This document shows, in pieces, positions 13,250-26,120 of a stretch of 64,000 nucleotides of DNA. How positions within the stretch are numbered: position 1 is the stretch's first letter; each line of letters opens with the position of its first letter. The position numbers were made by a program, and so were the translations under genes. The stretch lies in the NCBI RefSeq assembly GCF_963921235.1, contig NC_086097.1:242174001-242238000 (forward strand), in the 5' to 3' direction. Source of the DNA: Mobula hypostoma (lineage: Eukaryota). The notes below the pieces were generated by a model, which searched no databases, was not told the DNA's origin, and saw only the letters and a program-made list of their open reading frames with translations.

Positions 13250-13545
13250 TTTTAAAGATCAGCTTTATTTGCCACATGCCCATCAAAACGCACAAGAAAT
13301 GCATCGTTTGCGTCTGGTGAGGGCAGCCGGTAAATGTTGTCACGCTTCCGGAACAATGCCCACAACTCACGAACCCTAACCTGTACGTCTTTGGAATGTG
13401 GGAGGAAACTGGAGCATCTGGAAGAAACCCACATGGTCAAAGGGAGAACGTACAAGCTTCCTACGGATAGTGGCAGGAATCAAGTCCCAATCAGAGATTG
13501 CCGGTAACGTAAAGCGATTTTGCTAACTGCTAAGCTACCATGCCA
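13250..13545 (-). mobile_element. tRNA-derived SINE (V-SINE/HE1-like core)
   Basis: Reverse strand carries the core GTGGGTTTCTTCCAGATGCTCCAGTTTCCTCCCACATTCCAAAGACGTA, shared with the SINEs at 25850, 49053 and 60780. Confidence 0.7.
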
Positions 13546-13571
13546 CATGCTATTAGCTTTTAACTTTAACG

Positions 13572-14205
13572 TTTGGAGGAGGGAGGAGAAGATGGTGGCG
13601 TGACGCAGCGCGCGTAGCCTTTCCGGTGAAATGATATCGTATTTGTAAGTAGGAGGCCGTGCACAATCCTAATTTGATGGAGACAACCATGAGAGCACGG
13701 AGGAACATCTGGAGCAACTTCTGAAATGCCTGGTTTGCTGCCGCTGCTACTGTGCAATCGAGAATCTCCGGAGGGAAGGCCCCAAAATACTCGGCTTTGC
13801 CTGCTGCTGGCGACTGGGGTGGGGGTTGAAGCGTTTGGCAGAGATGGTGCTCGGTACTCGGTGTCTGAGGGCTGGTCGGAACTCGAAATTTTCGGACGAC
13901 TCAGAGTCGGACTGTGGTCGGGTATGGCAGGGAGAGCTTTCTTCCTTCTCCCTTCTGCGTGAGATGTGGGACATTCGAGAGACTTTGAACTTTCTTACCG
14001 TGCTCACGGCCTGTCCTTTATCAAGTCATGGTATTGCTTGCACTGTTGTAACCATATGTTATAATTATGTGGTTTTTGTCAGTTTTTCCGTCTTGGTCTG
14101 TCCTGTGTTTCTGTGATATCACACCGGAGGAATATTGTATCATTTCTTTATGCATGCATTACTAAATGACAATAAAAGAGGACTGCGTGTCCTCATAATC
14201 TAATC
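13572..14205 (+). mobile_element. Non-coding retroelement with a Rex-type 3' tail
   Basis: Starts GAGAAGATGGTGGCG (YY1-like motif), CpG-rich body, ends ATGACAATAAAAG..ATAATCTAATC like the Rex copy at 11168-11197. Confidence 0.6.
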
Positions 14206-14499
14206 TTCTGTAATTACTGCTTCCATGTTGTCAATCTTGCCTCTCAGGTGGTTCTTGCATTACAGGATGGTGCTTCAACTGCATCGTTTTTGAATAACAT
14301 TCTATTTGTATCAGTTATCCTGAGTGTCAAGATCTCAGAGGAGCCATCCTGGGTCCAACACGTTGATGTAATCATGAAGGCACACTTATTCATTAGGAGT
14401 TTGAGGAGATTTGGTATGTCACCAAAGAGGCTGGCAAATTTCTGCAGATGCATTGTGGAGAACAATCTGCCCGGTTGCATCACCATTTATAATGGAGAC

Positions 14500-15000
14500 T
14501 GGGGTGTATGGCATGTCAGGGAGGGGTAGCACCTCTGGTGGGGGAACATGTCGCGTCCTTTTCAAGGCAGTTAGCCCACCTTTGGTCCCCACCTGGCACT
14601 CAGCTCTCACCTGTGGCTCCTCGTAGCTGTTTGCATGCGACAGTGGCCACACCCCGGGCAATGGCTTCGACAAGCCGGCTAAACCAGGTGAGGGTAGCTG
14701 ACGAGTCTCAAACCCTCAGTAAGATAGGGAGTTGTCTACCCCAGCATGTGAAGACAGACTCCGGCGGATTGAGCGGACGAGACCAATGGAAGGTCCAACG
14801 GTCGGGAAGGCGGTCTCTGCAAGTGTCATGGAATGTGTAGAGCAGGACAAGACACAGAAGATGTCCTGGTCATCCACTGCATCTAGTCCCATCTCCAGCC
14901 GTCTCGACTCTGTCTTGCCACTAGATCCAGATGGGAATTGGGAAGAGAGAGTGAGGCTGACACCGCGCAATTCTCCCTCACTTAAATCCAAATCAAGTGC
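14500..15000 (+). mobile_element. Probable non-autonomous RTE-related element (structured 5' part plus 3' end) inside a Rex fragment
   Basis: Interrupts the Rex remnant (14318-14495, resuming about 15222). Internal stem CAGCTCTCACCTG/CAGGTGAGGGTAGCTG; ends AAATCCAAATCAAGT. Family assignment is by resemblance only. Confidence 0.45.
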
Positions 15001-16307
15001 TAGTCTCAACACCATCATAAAAGCCAGCTGGTAGTGCAGTGACATCAGTGCTGGACTCCGGGAGTGAAGGTTCCCGAGTTCGAATCCAGTCGAGCCTGTG
15101 GAATGTGAGGGTTTACTCCCACAGTCCAAAGATGTACTGTCCCATGATCGGGATGGTTGGGGGTTGCTGGGGCGGTGTGGCTCGAAGAGCCTGCTCTGCG
15201 CTGTATCACCAAATAAATAAAACCCTCCCCACCATCGAGAACAGCTTCACGAGGCCTTCCTCAAGAAGGCAGCATCCATTATTAAGGGCCCTCACCATCT
15301 TGTTCCCACCATTGTGGGTGGGGCCGGTACAGGAGCCTGAAGGTCTACAGTCAGTATTTTAAGAACAGCTTCTTTCCCTCCACCACCAGATCTCTGAATG
15401 GACCATGAACTCACGAACATGAGATCACAGTGAGGTCTGTGCCTCCTCCTCCTCGACGGAGACTGCAGCTCGGCACCATCTTGAGTTCGCTATATGAGAA
15501 CGTGCCAGTTGCCTCTGGTGCACGGGCCGCCAGCGCTACAAGGGAAAGGGCTTGTCTTGCGAGCAGGATTTGGCAAGGATGTCGTCGAGAAGCACATTCT
15601 GCAGGAGTCTGGGACTTCACAAACCCAAGGGAGGCATGTGGCAAGTGAGGAGAAAACTGATCTTCCGTTGTGCAATTCACAGTAGTTTATGGAGTAAAAT
15701 AGTACGAGATAGAAAAAAAGAGCACCGTTTAAGGAGATCAGAATACTGTAGCATCTAATCTCAGAATCCGGTTCGTTATCCTAGACAAATGACGTGAAAT
15801 TTGTAGCATTGTGGCAGTGGTACAATGTAATACATAAGAAATTACCGGGTTACAATAAGAAATATAATAATTAATAAATAATGCAATATAGTGAGGGAGT
15901 GTTCATGATTCACGGAACATTCAGAAATCTGATGGCGGAGGCAAAGAGGCAGTTTCTAAAACGTTGAGCGTGTGTCTTTCGGCTCCTGTACCTCCTCGCT
16001 GATGGGATGGGAGTGATGGGAAGAGGGCGTGTTATGGATGGTACGGGTCCAGAAGGCTGCATAAGTTTTCACCAAACGAATCGGTGCACCAACATCCCAA
16101 CACTGCACACGCTTGCCCCAAGCAGTTCGGTGCACGAACGCCCTAATGCTGCACTCTTAACACTGCATGCCTCGGCCCAAACAATTCCAGGGCAAGGGCA
16201 TCTTAAAGCTGCGTACACGTGCCCCAAAATATTCCAGTGCACCGGACTCCTAACGCTGCGCACACGTCACATTGCGGTACTCCGGCCTAGCATTTACACA
16301 TGCCATG

Positions 16308-17583
16308 AAAGGGGAGAGGGGATAGAGAAAGGGGAAGGGAGGGGAGGAAGGGGAGAGGGGGCAAAAAGGGAAGGGGGAGAGGGAAGCGGGGACAGGAGGA
16401 AGTGGAGCTAAGATGGTGTGAGAGTGGTGTAGATGGTGAGAGAGGGGAATAGAAGGGCAGGAGGGGGAAAGAGGGGATAGATGGGGATAGAAGGACTAGT
16501 GGGAGAGGGGGGTGAGAGGGGAGTGAGAGAGGGTAGAGAGAAGGGGGGAAGTGGGGCTAAGATGGGGTGAGTGCGGTAGATTGGGAAGGGATGAAGATGG
16601 GGGAAGAGGGGCGTGTGGGAGAATGGGAAAAGGCTGAGGGGGGATTGTGGGGAGAGGAGGGAAGAGGGGGTAGTGGGTGGAAGTGCAAAGGGGAGGGGGC
16701 GCGGGCATGTGGTGAGGGAGGAAGAGGGGGCAGATGGGAAGAGAGCAGTGGAGGGGGATTTGGGGGAGAGAGTGGGTGAGAATGGTAGAAGGCAAATGAT
16801 GGTGAGGGGACAATGGGGAGTGGGGAAGGGTTGAAAAGGGAGAAAAGGGTGAGAGAAAGAGAAGGGGAAGAGTGTGGAAAATGGGAAGAATGTGGGAAAG
16901 AGGGGAGTGGGGAGGGAGGAAATAGGGAAGAGGCTGAAGAGGGGAAGGGGAAGAGGGGAGGGGGACAGGGCTAAGAGGGTTGTGAGGGGGAGAAGGGGAA
17001 GAGGGAAGAAGGGGAAGAGAGAGGGGAGGGTGTAGGGGCAAGGGGGAACACGGAGAGAGGCAAAGAGGAAGAGATGGGAGAGAGGAGGAAGACTGTGGGA
17101 GAGCAGTGGAAAGTTGAGGAGTGGGTGAGAGGGTGGAAAAGAGGGAGGTAACTGTCGAGGTGGGGAAGGGGGAGAGAGGGAGAGATGGGCAGAGGAAGCA
17201 AAGGGGGGAAGTGGGGTGAAGGAGGGATAGAAACATAGAAACAGAGAAAACCTACAGCACAATACAGGCCCTTCAGCCCACAAAGTTGTGCCGAACATGT
17301 CCCTACCTTAGAAATTACTAGACTTACCCATAGCCCTCTGTTTTTCTAAGCTCCATGTACCTAACCAAAAGTCTCTTAAAAGACCCTATCGTATTGTAGG
17401 TGGGGAGAGGGAGCAAAGGAGGTGGGGAAAGGGGAAGAGGTGGGGTAGGAGGAAGAGGGAGGAAGAGGTTGGGAGACAGGGTAATAGGGGAGAGAGTGGG
17501 GAGAGAGGGAGGGGGTCGAGGGGAAGGGGAGGGGAAGGATGGAAGTGGGGCAGGGCAGAGTGGGAATGAGTGAGAAGAGGGGA
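16308..17583 (+). repeat. Purine-rich (G/A) low-complexity tract, interrupted by a CR1 3' end (about 17227-17397, minus)
   Basis: Almost continuous G/A runs. The ORFs here are Pro/Leu/Ser artefacts. TAGAAACATAGAAAC CR1 tail at 17228. Confidence 0.95.
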
Positions 17584-17756
17584 CTCCTCCCACTGTCCAA
17601 AGACGTATCATTGGTAGGTTAATTGGTCATTGTAAATTGTCTCGTGATTTGGCTCCGGTTAAATTGGGGGACTGCTGGGCAGCACGGCTTGAAGGGCCAG
17701 AAGGGCCTATTCGGTGCTGTATCTCTAATAAATAAATAAATAAACAAACAAACAAA

Positions 17757-18267
17757 TGAGACCCTGCTGGTCTCCTTGGCTGCATAAATCTAGGGAAGAC
17801 ACACTCTGGTCCCGCCAAACCTGTGAAATTGAGTTGGCTCTCCCACCCCAAACCCCGGTTTGTGTGGATGCTGTGTAATTTGCTACCCTGTTACAACCCA
17901 GTGCCAAGAAATAACAGACAGCACACTGCATACGATTAAAGGAATTATATTTATGAATCTTAACTAAAGGGTTAGTAAAGGAAGGAAAGAAAAAACAAGA
18001 AGGGCCCATTAAAGTTAAACAGTCAAATGTGCACCAGTTGGAGCTCAATTCTCAGTTGATCTCACCATCCGGCTCCACTGAATCACGGTGTCCCCACGGG
18101 GTCGTATCCCTTGACCGGTTCTCTCCAGGGTCTTCACTCTTCATCTCCCGCCGAACAAAGGAGCCAGCTCACATTCCAAAACACCTGTTATCTCCAACCA
18201 CAACCCAAACAGTGCTTCTACAGCAAGACCATTACATTAGCAGTGAACCCCTTGCCAGGGGGTTACA
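17757..18267 (-). mobile_element. Solo Gypsy LTR related to the LTRs at 43454/48344
   Basis: TG..CA ends; 4-bp TSD CAAA (17753-17756, 18268-18271). Reverse strand starts TGTAACCCC..TTCACTGCTAATGTAATGG like 48344 and shares CACAGCATCCACACAAAC. Confidence 0.85.
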
Positions 18268-19940
18268 CAAACCAACATTCAGAACTGAAGATGACAAAAG
18301 TGAGTTCACAGCCATGATGCCGGTCATCCCTGCAGCCGCTCCAGGAGCCCGTTGGTTGCAGGCCACAGTTTCAGTTCAGCGCAGAGATGAGTAACCCTCG
18401 CCGAGCAGTGAGCTGGCCTGAGAGAGAGTGCTGATACTTCCAGTTCAAGGCAATGTACAGGGCATGAGATATTTTCACAATGACAGTTTTCATAACTTCG
18501 ATTCATCTTGAGTTGCTTTTGTTTCACTTGTTGTCTCTAACATTCTGCTCAAATCAGAGGGAACAGGTTTGGAGACTGGCACGGAGAGAGGCCTTAGAGT
18601 GATGAAATAGATTGCAAACAATTTCTGTTTGGGAAATAAAGCAAGTAATCCACGTGATGTAATTAAAAGCAAACTGATGAAAGATCCCAGAACAGCCATC
18701 AATCTCTGAACTCCAGCTTCCAGGCTGAACTCAGCAGGTCAGGCAGCATCTATGGAGGGGAATAAACAGCCAATGTTTTGGTTGGAAACCGTCCGTCAGG
18801 TCCTGAAACAGCGACTATTTTTTTCTCTCCATCGGTGCTGCCTGACTTGCTGAGTTCCAGAATCAGATCAGGTTTAATATCACCGGCCTGTGTTGTGATG
18901 TTTGCAGCATCAGTACAACGCAATACATCATAGAAGATAAAATGTGAATTACAGTACGTGTGTTTATATATATATATATATATAATGGTTACATTAAATA
19001 AGTAGCGCAAGAATAGGAATTAAAAAAGTAGTGTTCATGGGTTCAATGTCCATTCAGAAATCAGATGGCAGAGGGGAAGCTGTTCCTCAATCATTGAGTG
19101 TGTGCCTTCAGGCTCCTGTACCTCCTTCCTGATGGTAGCAATGAGAAAAAGGCATGACCTGGCTGATGGGAGTCCTTAATGATAGTGCCCCCTTTTTGAG
19201 GCATCACTCCTTGAAGGTGTCCTGGATGCTACGGAGGCTAGTGCCCTTTGATGGAGATGACTGAGTTCTTCAGCATTTTGTGTGTGTTGCTTAAGATTTC
19301 TGGCATCTGCAAAACCTCGTATCAGGCAGAACTTGGAGATTGAGTAGTGCCAGGTGAAGATTGATTATTGAGCACCATCTAGTGGTTGCATGCACTGCAG
19401 TTAATAAAATGTGCTGTTTGGGCAAAAATGGTTCAAAAAATGAAGCCAATGATTTCTCTGATTTCACGGCTTCTTGCATATTGTCACAGTGGAATGTTAG
19501 CAATATAAAGCTACAACAATGAAACAAAATTATCAGAACCGTTGTGATAGGCTACCAGCTAGAGAAATCAAGGTAAAGAAAACTGACTTGTTAAAACCAA
19601 ATGGAAAACCTCAATATATTTACAACATTACTCAAATATTAATGAAAGGAGTATGCCTTGTGTACCTGTGGGCCAGCTAATGGCGCATGGATCAGACTAG
19701 TTTCGGTACATTTATGTTTATTCCATTTTTTTGTCCATAAAGTGTTATGCTTTGTAACTCCAGAACATAAAACTAATCAAAAGAAAAACACAGAGCAGGG
19801 ATGCATATCTACTTCACTTTTTACTCTAGTGAGGCACGCATCAATGACATGGTGGCGTATTGACATATGCCATTCGCATACTTCTACATATAACTGTAAT
19901 GAATTATTTAAACAAAGAAAGCTCGATCAAACAATATATT

Positions 19941-22900
19941 TCGTCGTGTTGGTGGCTATCCCTCGAGGTTGAGGATGATGGTCTTCGTTCTGTTGATCTA
20001 CTTATGGGCTCTCAAGTGGCTTATGAGCCCAATCTTGGCTTTGGAAGTTCTTCCGCATTCAGGACAGGTAGTTCCAGATGGCAGATCGGGCTTTGGTTGT
20101 GGCTGCCTCTCTTACCATTTTCTTCTCTTTTCTTCTAATTCTGCACATCTGTTGGCTTCAAAAGTTGCTGATTCTTCTCGGATGATGGCTTGCCAGAGAT
20201 TCCTGTCCTTGGCATTCGTTTCCCAATTGTTGATGTCGATGTTACATTTCTTCATTTTGGCTTTTAAGACGTCTTTGATTCCCTTCTGTTGTCCGCCTCT
20301 TATACGTTTGCCTTCTTTAAGCTGGGAGTAGAAAACTTGTTTCGGCAGACGTTCGTCTTTCATCCGAACAACATGACCACTCCATCTTAGTTGGTTCGTG
20401 ATGACGTAGGCTTCAATGCTTGTTGTTTTTGCTTCATTTAGCACACTGACGTTGGTTCTTCGATCTTCCCAGCTGATATTTAAGATGTTTTGAAGACAGC
20501 TTTGACAGAACTTTTCAAGTGCCTTCAGATGTCGTCGGTATATTGTCCAGGTTTCTGATGCATACAGGAGCATTGGGATTACCACTGCTTTGTACACTAA
20601 CATTTTGGTGTCTGTTCGGATGTCACGATCATGAAAGACTCTTTTTGGAGATGTCCAGAAGCTGTTCCAGCGCATTTAAGACGATGTTGGGTCTTGTCAT
20701 TAAGATCGACATTGGAGGAGAGGTGACTTCCAATATACGGAAAGTGGTCCACGTTTTCCGGGGTTGATTTGCCAAGTTGAATTGATGGTTCTATCTGATT
20801 TGTCTCAGTTGGTGATGGTTGGTAGATGATCTGGGTCTTCTTGGAATTGATGGTAAGTCCAAGTTTCGTGTATGCACTGTTGAAGGCAGTCAGAATCTGT
20901 TGTAGGTGGTTTTCTGAGAAAGCTGCAACACTGTTGTCATCTGCGTTTTGGAACTTGATGAGGGAACTCGTGGATGTCTTATTTTTGGACTTGAGATGAG
21001 CAAGATTGAGAAGTCTGCCATCTGTTCTGCAGACAATTTCGATTCCTGGGGGTAGGTCGTCCTTGATGATGTGGATGATTGCCGCAGTGAAGATGGTGAA
21101 CAATGTTGGGGCAATCATGCATCCCTGTTTTACTTCTGATCTAACTTGAAAAGGCTCACAGTTACTGTTGCTGACCATGACTGTGGCAAGCATGCCATCG
21201 TGGAGAAGTCTCAGGATTCAAACGTACTTTTCAGGGCATCCATAGGTGGATAGGACATCCCATAGGAGTTCCCTTGATACCGAGTCAAAGGCTTTAGTGA
21301 GGTCGATGAATGCCATGTACAAAGGTTGAAGTTGTTCACGACATTTTTCTTGTAGCTGTCACATTGTGAAGATCATGTTGATTGCTCCATGTGATGGTCT
21401 AAAACCAGCTTGTGCCTCCGGAAGGATCTTCTCAGCTAAAGGCTTGAGCCGGTTGTTCATGATGTGGGTGAGGATCTTTCCTGCTGTTGCTAACAGGGAA
21501 ATTCCACGATGGTTTCCGCATTTGAATCAATCGCCTTTCCTTTTGTAGATGGTAATGATTGCTGAGTCTCTAAAGTCTGCTGGTACATCTTCATTTATCC
21601 AGATCTTGATGAGAAGTTGATGCAGTTGGTAATGAAGCGAGTTATCTCCAATTTTGTAGACCTCAGCTGGTATTCCATCGAGTCCACCAGCCTTGTTGTT
21701 TTTCAAGGTTTTGATGGCTTCCTTGACTTTTTCAAGTGTTGGTATTTTGCTTAGGGAGTTGTCAACAGGCTTTTTGGAATGTTGTTAATCACTTTCCTGT
21801 CAAATGAGACGATTTGATTTAGAAGATCTTCAAAGAGTTCCCTCCATCTAGAATTGATGTCAGCATTGATCTTCAGGATGGTTGAACCATCTTTGCTTTT
21901 GAGAGGGGCTTGACCGTGGGCCAAAAATAGCTTTAGTTGTGTTGAAAAAGCCTCGAGTGTTGGCATCTGCTAGTTGTTGGATTCCCTGAGCTTTCTTCCT
22001 CCACCATTGCTTTTTCAAGTTTCGGGTGCTCTTCTGGACTGCCGCATTGCATTCCTGATAGCGTTTCCTTTTGGTAGCTGATTGTTGGTCATTTTGTAAG
22101 GTGATGAAAGCTTTTCTCTTTTCGTCGATGAGTTCTTGGAGTAGTTTGTCGTTTTCATCGAACCAATCCTGATGTTTTTTCGTCTTGAATCCAATAGTTT
22201 CTTTGCAGGAGGTGATGATAGTGTTCTTCAATTGATTCCAGTGTTCTTCTACAGATGGTGGGATTTGTTGAGGCAGTTGTCCTTGAAGATTTTTTTGGAA
22301 CTTCTGTACATGATTGATGTCTTGAAAGATGTCAACATTGAATTTCTTAATAGTGTTCTGATTTTGGTGTTTCCTTTTGGGCCAAATCTTCATTCTCATG
22401 GTGGACGAGATGAGTCGATGGTCTGTCCAGCACTCGTCGACACCAGTAACAACTCTTGTTATCAGTACATCTTGTTGGTCCCAAGATCGTACGATGATGT
22501 AGTTGATGAGGTGCCAGTGTTTGGAGCATGGATGCTGCCAGGAGACATTGTGCCTGTTTTTCTGGCGAAATAGGGTGTTTATAATCACCAGGTTGTGTTC
22601 AGCACATTTAGTGAGGAGGAGTGTTCCTTTCTTTCTTTTTAAATCTTTTTATTGAATAAGTATACAAAAAGGAAAGCCATATAAACATTAATACAATGTT
22701 AAAATATAATAAAATTACAGAAGGTATCAATACCAAAAAAAATACTACAAACAATGTAATTTAAACATAAGAAACCAAGATAACATAATAGTATACTAAA
22801 TTTTATATATATATCAATAGAAAAAAAGAAAAAAAACCCCCCAAAAAAAACCCACCGTGCAACTAACTAAAAGCAAAGCAAAGCAATGGGCTAACTTGAA

Positions 22901-23185
22901 ACCAAACAGAGTTAAACTTAAAATCACGTCCTCAATCCCGACCTCCATTAAAAACAGTGAAAAAAAAACAAGAAGGGTATATATTACATTAAATGAAAAT
23001 ATCGAATAAAAGATCCCCAAATCTGTTCAAATTTAAATGAAGAATCATAAAGGTTACTTCTAATTTTCTCCAGATTCAAACATAATATCGTCTGAGAGAA
23101 CCAAAAAAAGGTAGTTGGAGCATTAAGCTCTTTCCAATGTTGTAAAAGAGGAGTGTTCCATTGGCGTTGACCTTGCCAACTTGCT
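19941..23185 (-). mobile_element. RTE (BovB-like) LINE, 5'-truncated, degenerate
   Basis: Endonuclease C-terminus NTLFRQK..WQHP.SKHWHLINY..TDHRL (21860-22588), RT VKQGCMIAPTLF..ADD (20597-21193), and LRWSGHVVRM..RLPKQVFYSQL (20112-20675). Confidence 0.93.
22628..23147 (-). mobile_element. L1 3' end inserted in the RTE
   Basis: 12-bp TSD GAGGAGTGTTCC (22616-22627, 23148-23159). Reverse strand encodes LQHWKELNAPTTFFWFSQ and ends AATAAAAAGATTTAAAAAG; same family as 26492-32259. Confidence 0.93.
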
Positions 23186-23605
23186 TATTATTCCAGTCCA
23201 GAGCCTATGATAGTTACAATATTACAGAAATATTAAATATGCAACACAAAGATGCTGATAGTTGAAGCTAACATCAAATTCACCTCAAGCTCCTTATGAA
23301 ATATAGCCTATGATGTCTTCATGATTACATTACTAATATGATTACATTATTATTAGCCCAGGACTAATCCTCAGAGATGTTGATACCCAAGAACTTGAAG
23401 ATGTCCACCCTTTCCACCGCTGACCTCTCTATGAAGACAGGTCCCGACTTCCCCTTTCTGAAGTCTGAGGATCAGATCTTGGGGTCCGATCCCATAGGAC
23501 ACTCAAAGCTGCTGCTTCAGGACTGGAGAAGGGGGAAGATGCCAGAATAAAAAGATGGGGCAAGGGGAAGGAGGGTAGCTGGAAGGCGACAGGTGAAGCC
23601 AGGTG

Positions 23606-24680
23606 ATCTTCCACACTGCCAAGAGTCTTATCATTAATACTATATTCTGCCATCATATTTGACCTACCAAAATGAACCACCTCACACTTCTCTGGGTTGA
23701 ACTCCACCTGCCACTTCTTGGCCTAATTTTGCATCCTATCAATGTCCCGCTGTAATCTCTGACAGCCCTCCACACTATCCACAACACCTCCAACCTTTGT
23801 GTCATCAGATTTACTAACCCATCCCTCCACTTCCTCATCCAGGTCATTTATAAGAATCACAGTCCCAGAACAGATCCCTGAGGCACACCACTGGTCACTG
23901 ACCTCTATGCAGAATATGACCTGTCTACAACTACTCTTTGCCTTCTGTGGGCAAGCCAGTTCTGGATCCACAAAGCGATGTCCCCTTGGATCCCATGCCT
24001 CCTTACTTTCTCAATAAGCCTTGCATGGGGTTCCTTATCAAATGCCTTGCTAAAATCCATATACACTACATCTACTGCTCTTCCTTCATCAATGTGATTA
24101 GTGATATCCTCAAAAAATTCAGTCAGGCTTGTAAGGCATGACCTGCCCTTGACAAAGCCATGTTGACTATTCCTAATCACATTATACCTCTTCAAATATT
24201 CATAAATCCTGCCTCTCAGGATCTTCTTCATCAACTTACCAACCACTGAAGTAAGACTCACTGGTCTATAATTTCCTGGGCTACCTCTACACCCTTTCTT
24301 GAATAATGGAACAACATCCGCAACCCTCCAATCCTCCAGAACCTCTCCCATCCCCTTTGATAATGCAAAGATCATTGCCAGAGGCTCAGCATCTTCTCCC
24401 TCACCTCCCACAGCAGCCTGGGGTATATCTCGTCCGGTCCTGGTGACTTATTCAACCCGATGTTTTCCAAAAGCTCCAGCACATCCTCTTTTTATATGAC
24501 AAGCCATTCAATCCTGGAATCATTTTCGTGAATCTCCTTCAGACCCTCTCCAATGTCAGCACATCCTTTTTAAGATAAAGGGCCCAAAGATGCTCAGTTT
24601 TCCAAGTGAGGCCTCGCCAGTGTTTTATAAAGTCTCAACATTACATCTTAGCTTTTATATTCTAGTCCTCTTGAACATGC
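23606..24680 (-). mobile_element. CR1 RT fragments
   Basis: ORF 23905-24411 is near-identical to the RT at 240-926; a second CR1 fragment follows at about 24500-24680. Confidence 0.9.
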
Positions 24681-24986
24681 ACATGCATATTTGCAAATTA
24701 ATAATTAACATTTCATGTCAATTTAGCTGTGCCCACCCATGGAATGAATTGGGCAATAAAAAGAACAAGAAGTTGAACACATTGTTCTGTTTTTTTTTTT
24801 GCTTTCATGAGGTACTAAGTGCAAAATATTGTACAACAGCTAAATATAGTACAGTCTTTATTCCAGCCTTTTCAATAATCAGAATGAGGAAAGTCAACTT
24901 TGAACACCAAAGAAATTAGGCCAGCTGCTCGGACTCTTTGAGAATATGGAATGGACTTTCATATTTCAATCTGAATATATTGAACC

Positions 24987-25570
24987 AGTCCTGACAAAGG
25001 GTCTCAGCTGGAAACATCAACTCAGTAGGTCAGGCAGCATCTATGGAAATGACGTTTTGGGCCAAGATCCTTCTTCAGGACTGGAGAAGGTGGAAGATGC
25101 CGGAATAAAAAGATGGGGCAAAGGGAAGAAGGGTAGCTGGAAGGCGACAGGTGAGTGGGAAAGGTCAAGGTCTGGAGAACAAGGTATTCGATCGGAGAGG
25201 AGAGTGGACCATTGGAGAAAGGGAAGGAGGAAGGGACCCAGGGGTGGAGTGATAGGCAGTTGAGAAAAGGTAAAAGTTCAGAGTAGGGAATAGAAGATTG
25301 GGGGCATGGGGTGGAATATTTTTTTACTGGAGGGAGAAATCAAGGTTGGATGCTACCCAGATGGAAGGTAAGGTGTTGCTCCTCCACCCTATGGGTGGAC
25401 TCATCTTGGCACAAGAGGAGGCCATGGACCGACATGTGGGTATGGGAATAGGAAGTGGAATTAAAATGTTTGACCATCGGGAAGTCCTGCTTGTGGCAAA
25501 TGGAATGGAGGTGCTTGACGAACGGTCCCCCAATTTACAACGTGTCTCACCAATGTAGAGGAGGTTGCAA
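24987..25570 (-). mobile_element. Penelope 3' fragment with degenerate hammerhead copies
   Basis: Homologous to the 11769-12350 arm; degenerate hammerhead cores at about 24987 (+) and 25050-25083 (-). Confidence 0.8.
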
Positions 25571-25849
25571 TGGGACCATTTTAAACTCTATTCTAATAAA
25601 CATATCAGTGTACAAGATGATAAGATGCATAGATCCAATGGATAGTCAGAGACTTCTTTCCCAGGGTGGAAATGGCTAATATGAGGAGGTATAATTTTGA
25701 GGTGATCGGAGGGGATGTCAGAGGTAGATGGGTGTATGGAATTCCCTCTCAAGGTAGTGGTAGAGGCAGATACAGTGAGAGAATTTAAGAAACTCTTAGA
25801 TAAACACATGGGTGCTGAAATAATGGAGTACTATGTAGGAAGGAGGGGT

Positions 25850-26120
25850 GGTGCCACGGTAGCGTAGCAGTCAGCGTAACGATGTTACAGCTTGGGGCAT
25901 TCTGGAGTTTGGAGTTCAATTCTGGTGCCACTCTGTAAGGAGACTCTGTGCGTCCTCCCTGTGGGATGCATGGGCTTTCTCCGGATCCTCCGGTTCCCTC
26001 CCACAGTCCAAACCCTGCTGGCTAGGTTCATTGGTCATTGTAAATTAATCGGGCTTGTTGGAGGGTTGCTGGGGCAGCATAGCTCGAAGGTCCTGCAGGG
26101 CCTACTCATTAAATAAATAA
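25850..26120 (+). mobile_element. tRNA-derived SINE (HE1/V-SINE-like)
   Basis: A-box-like GGTAGCGTAGCAG, B-box-like GGAGTTCAATTC, conserved core, TAAA tail. Confidence 0.75.

Larger units (their letters stand above)
19744..23245. mobile_element. Possible solo LTR split by the RTE insertion
   Basis: TGTT.. start and ..AACA end; near-matching flanks TAAAG/CAAAG; sequence reads continuously (caatatatt / tacaatatt) around the RTE. Confidence 0.4.

Noticed and set aside
14560..14720. HDV-like ribozyme in the RTE-like 5' region
   Set aside because: A TCCTCG loop-like motif is present, but I could not build P1/P3 pairings; needs a covariance or RNAMotif search.
15022..15095. tRNA gene
   Set aside because: Has a B-box GAGTTCGAATCC but no convincing cloverleaf and runs into SINE body sequence; a SINE head.
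15430..15685. CpG-containing short ORFs with a possible donor at about 15645
   Set aside because: No recognisable product, no partner exon and only a weak splice context.
16408..17611. Long ORFs of 246-296 aa rich in P/L/S/F
   Set aside because: Artefacts of the pyrimidine strand of a low-complexity tract.
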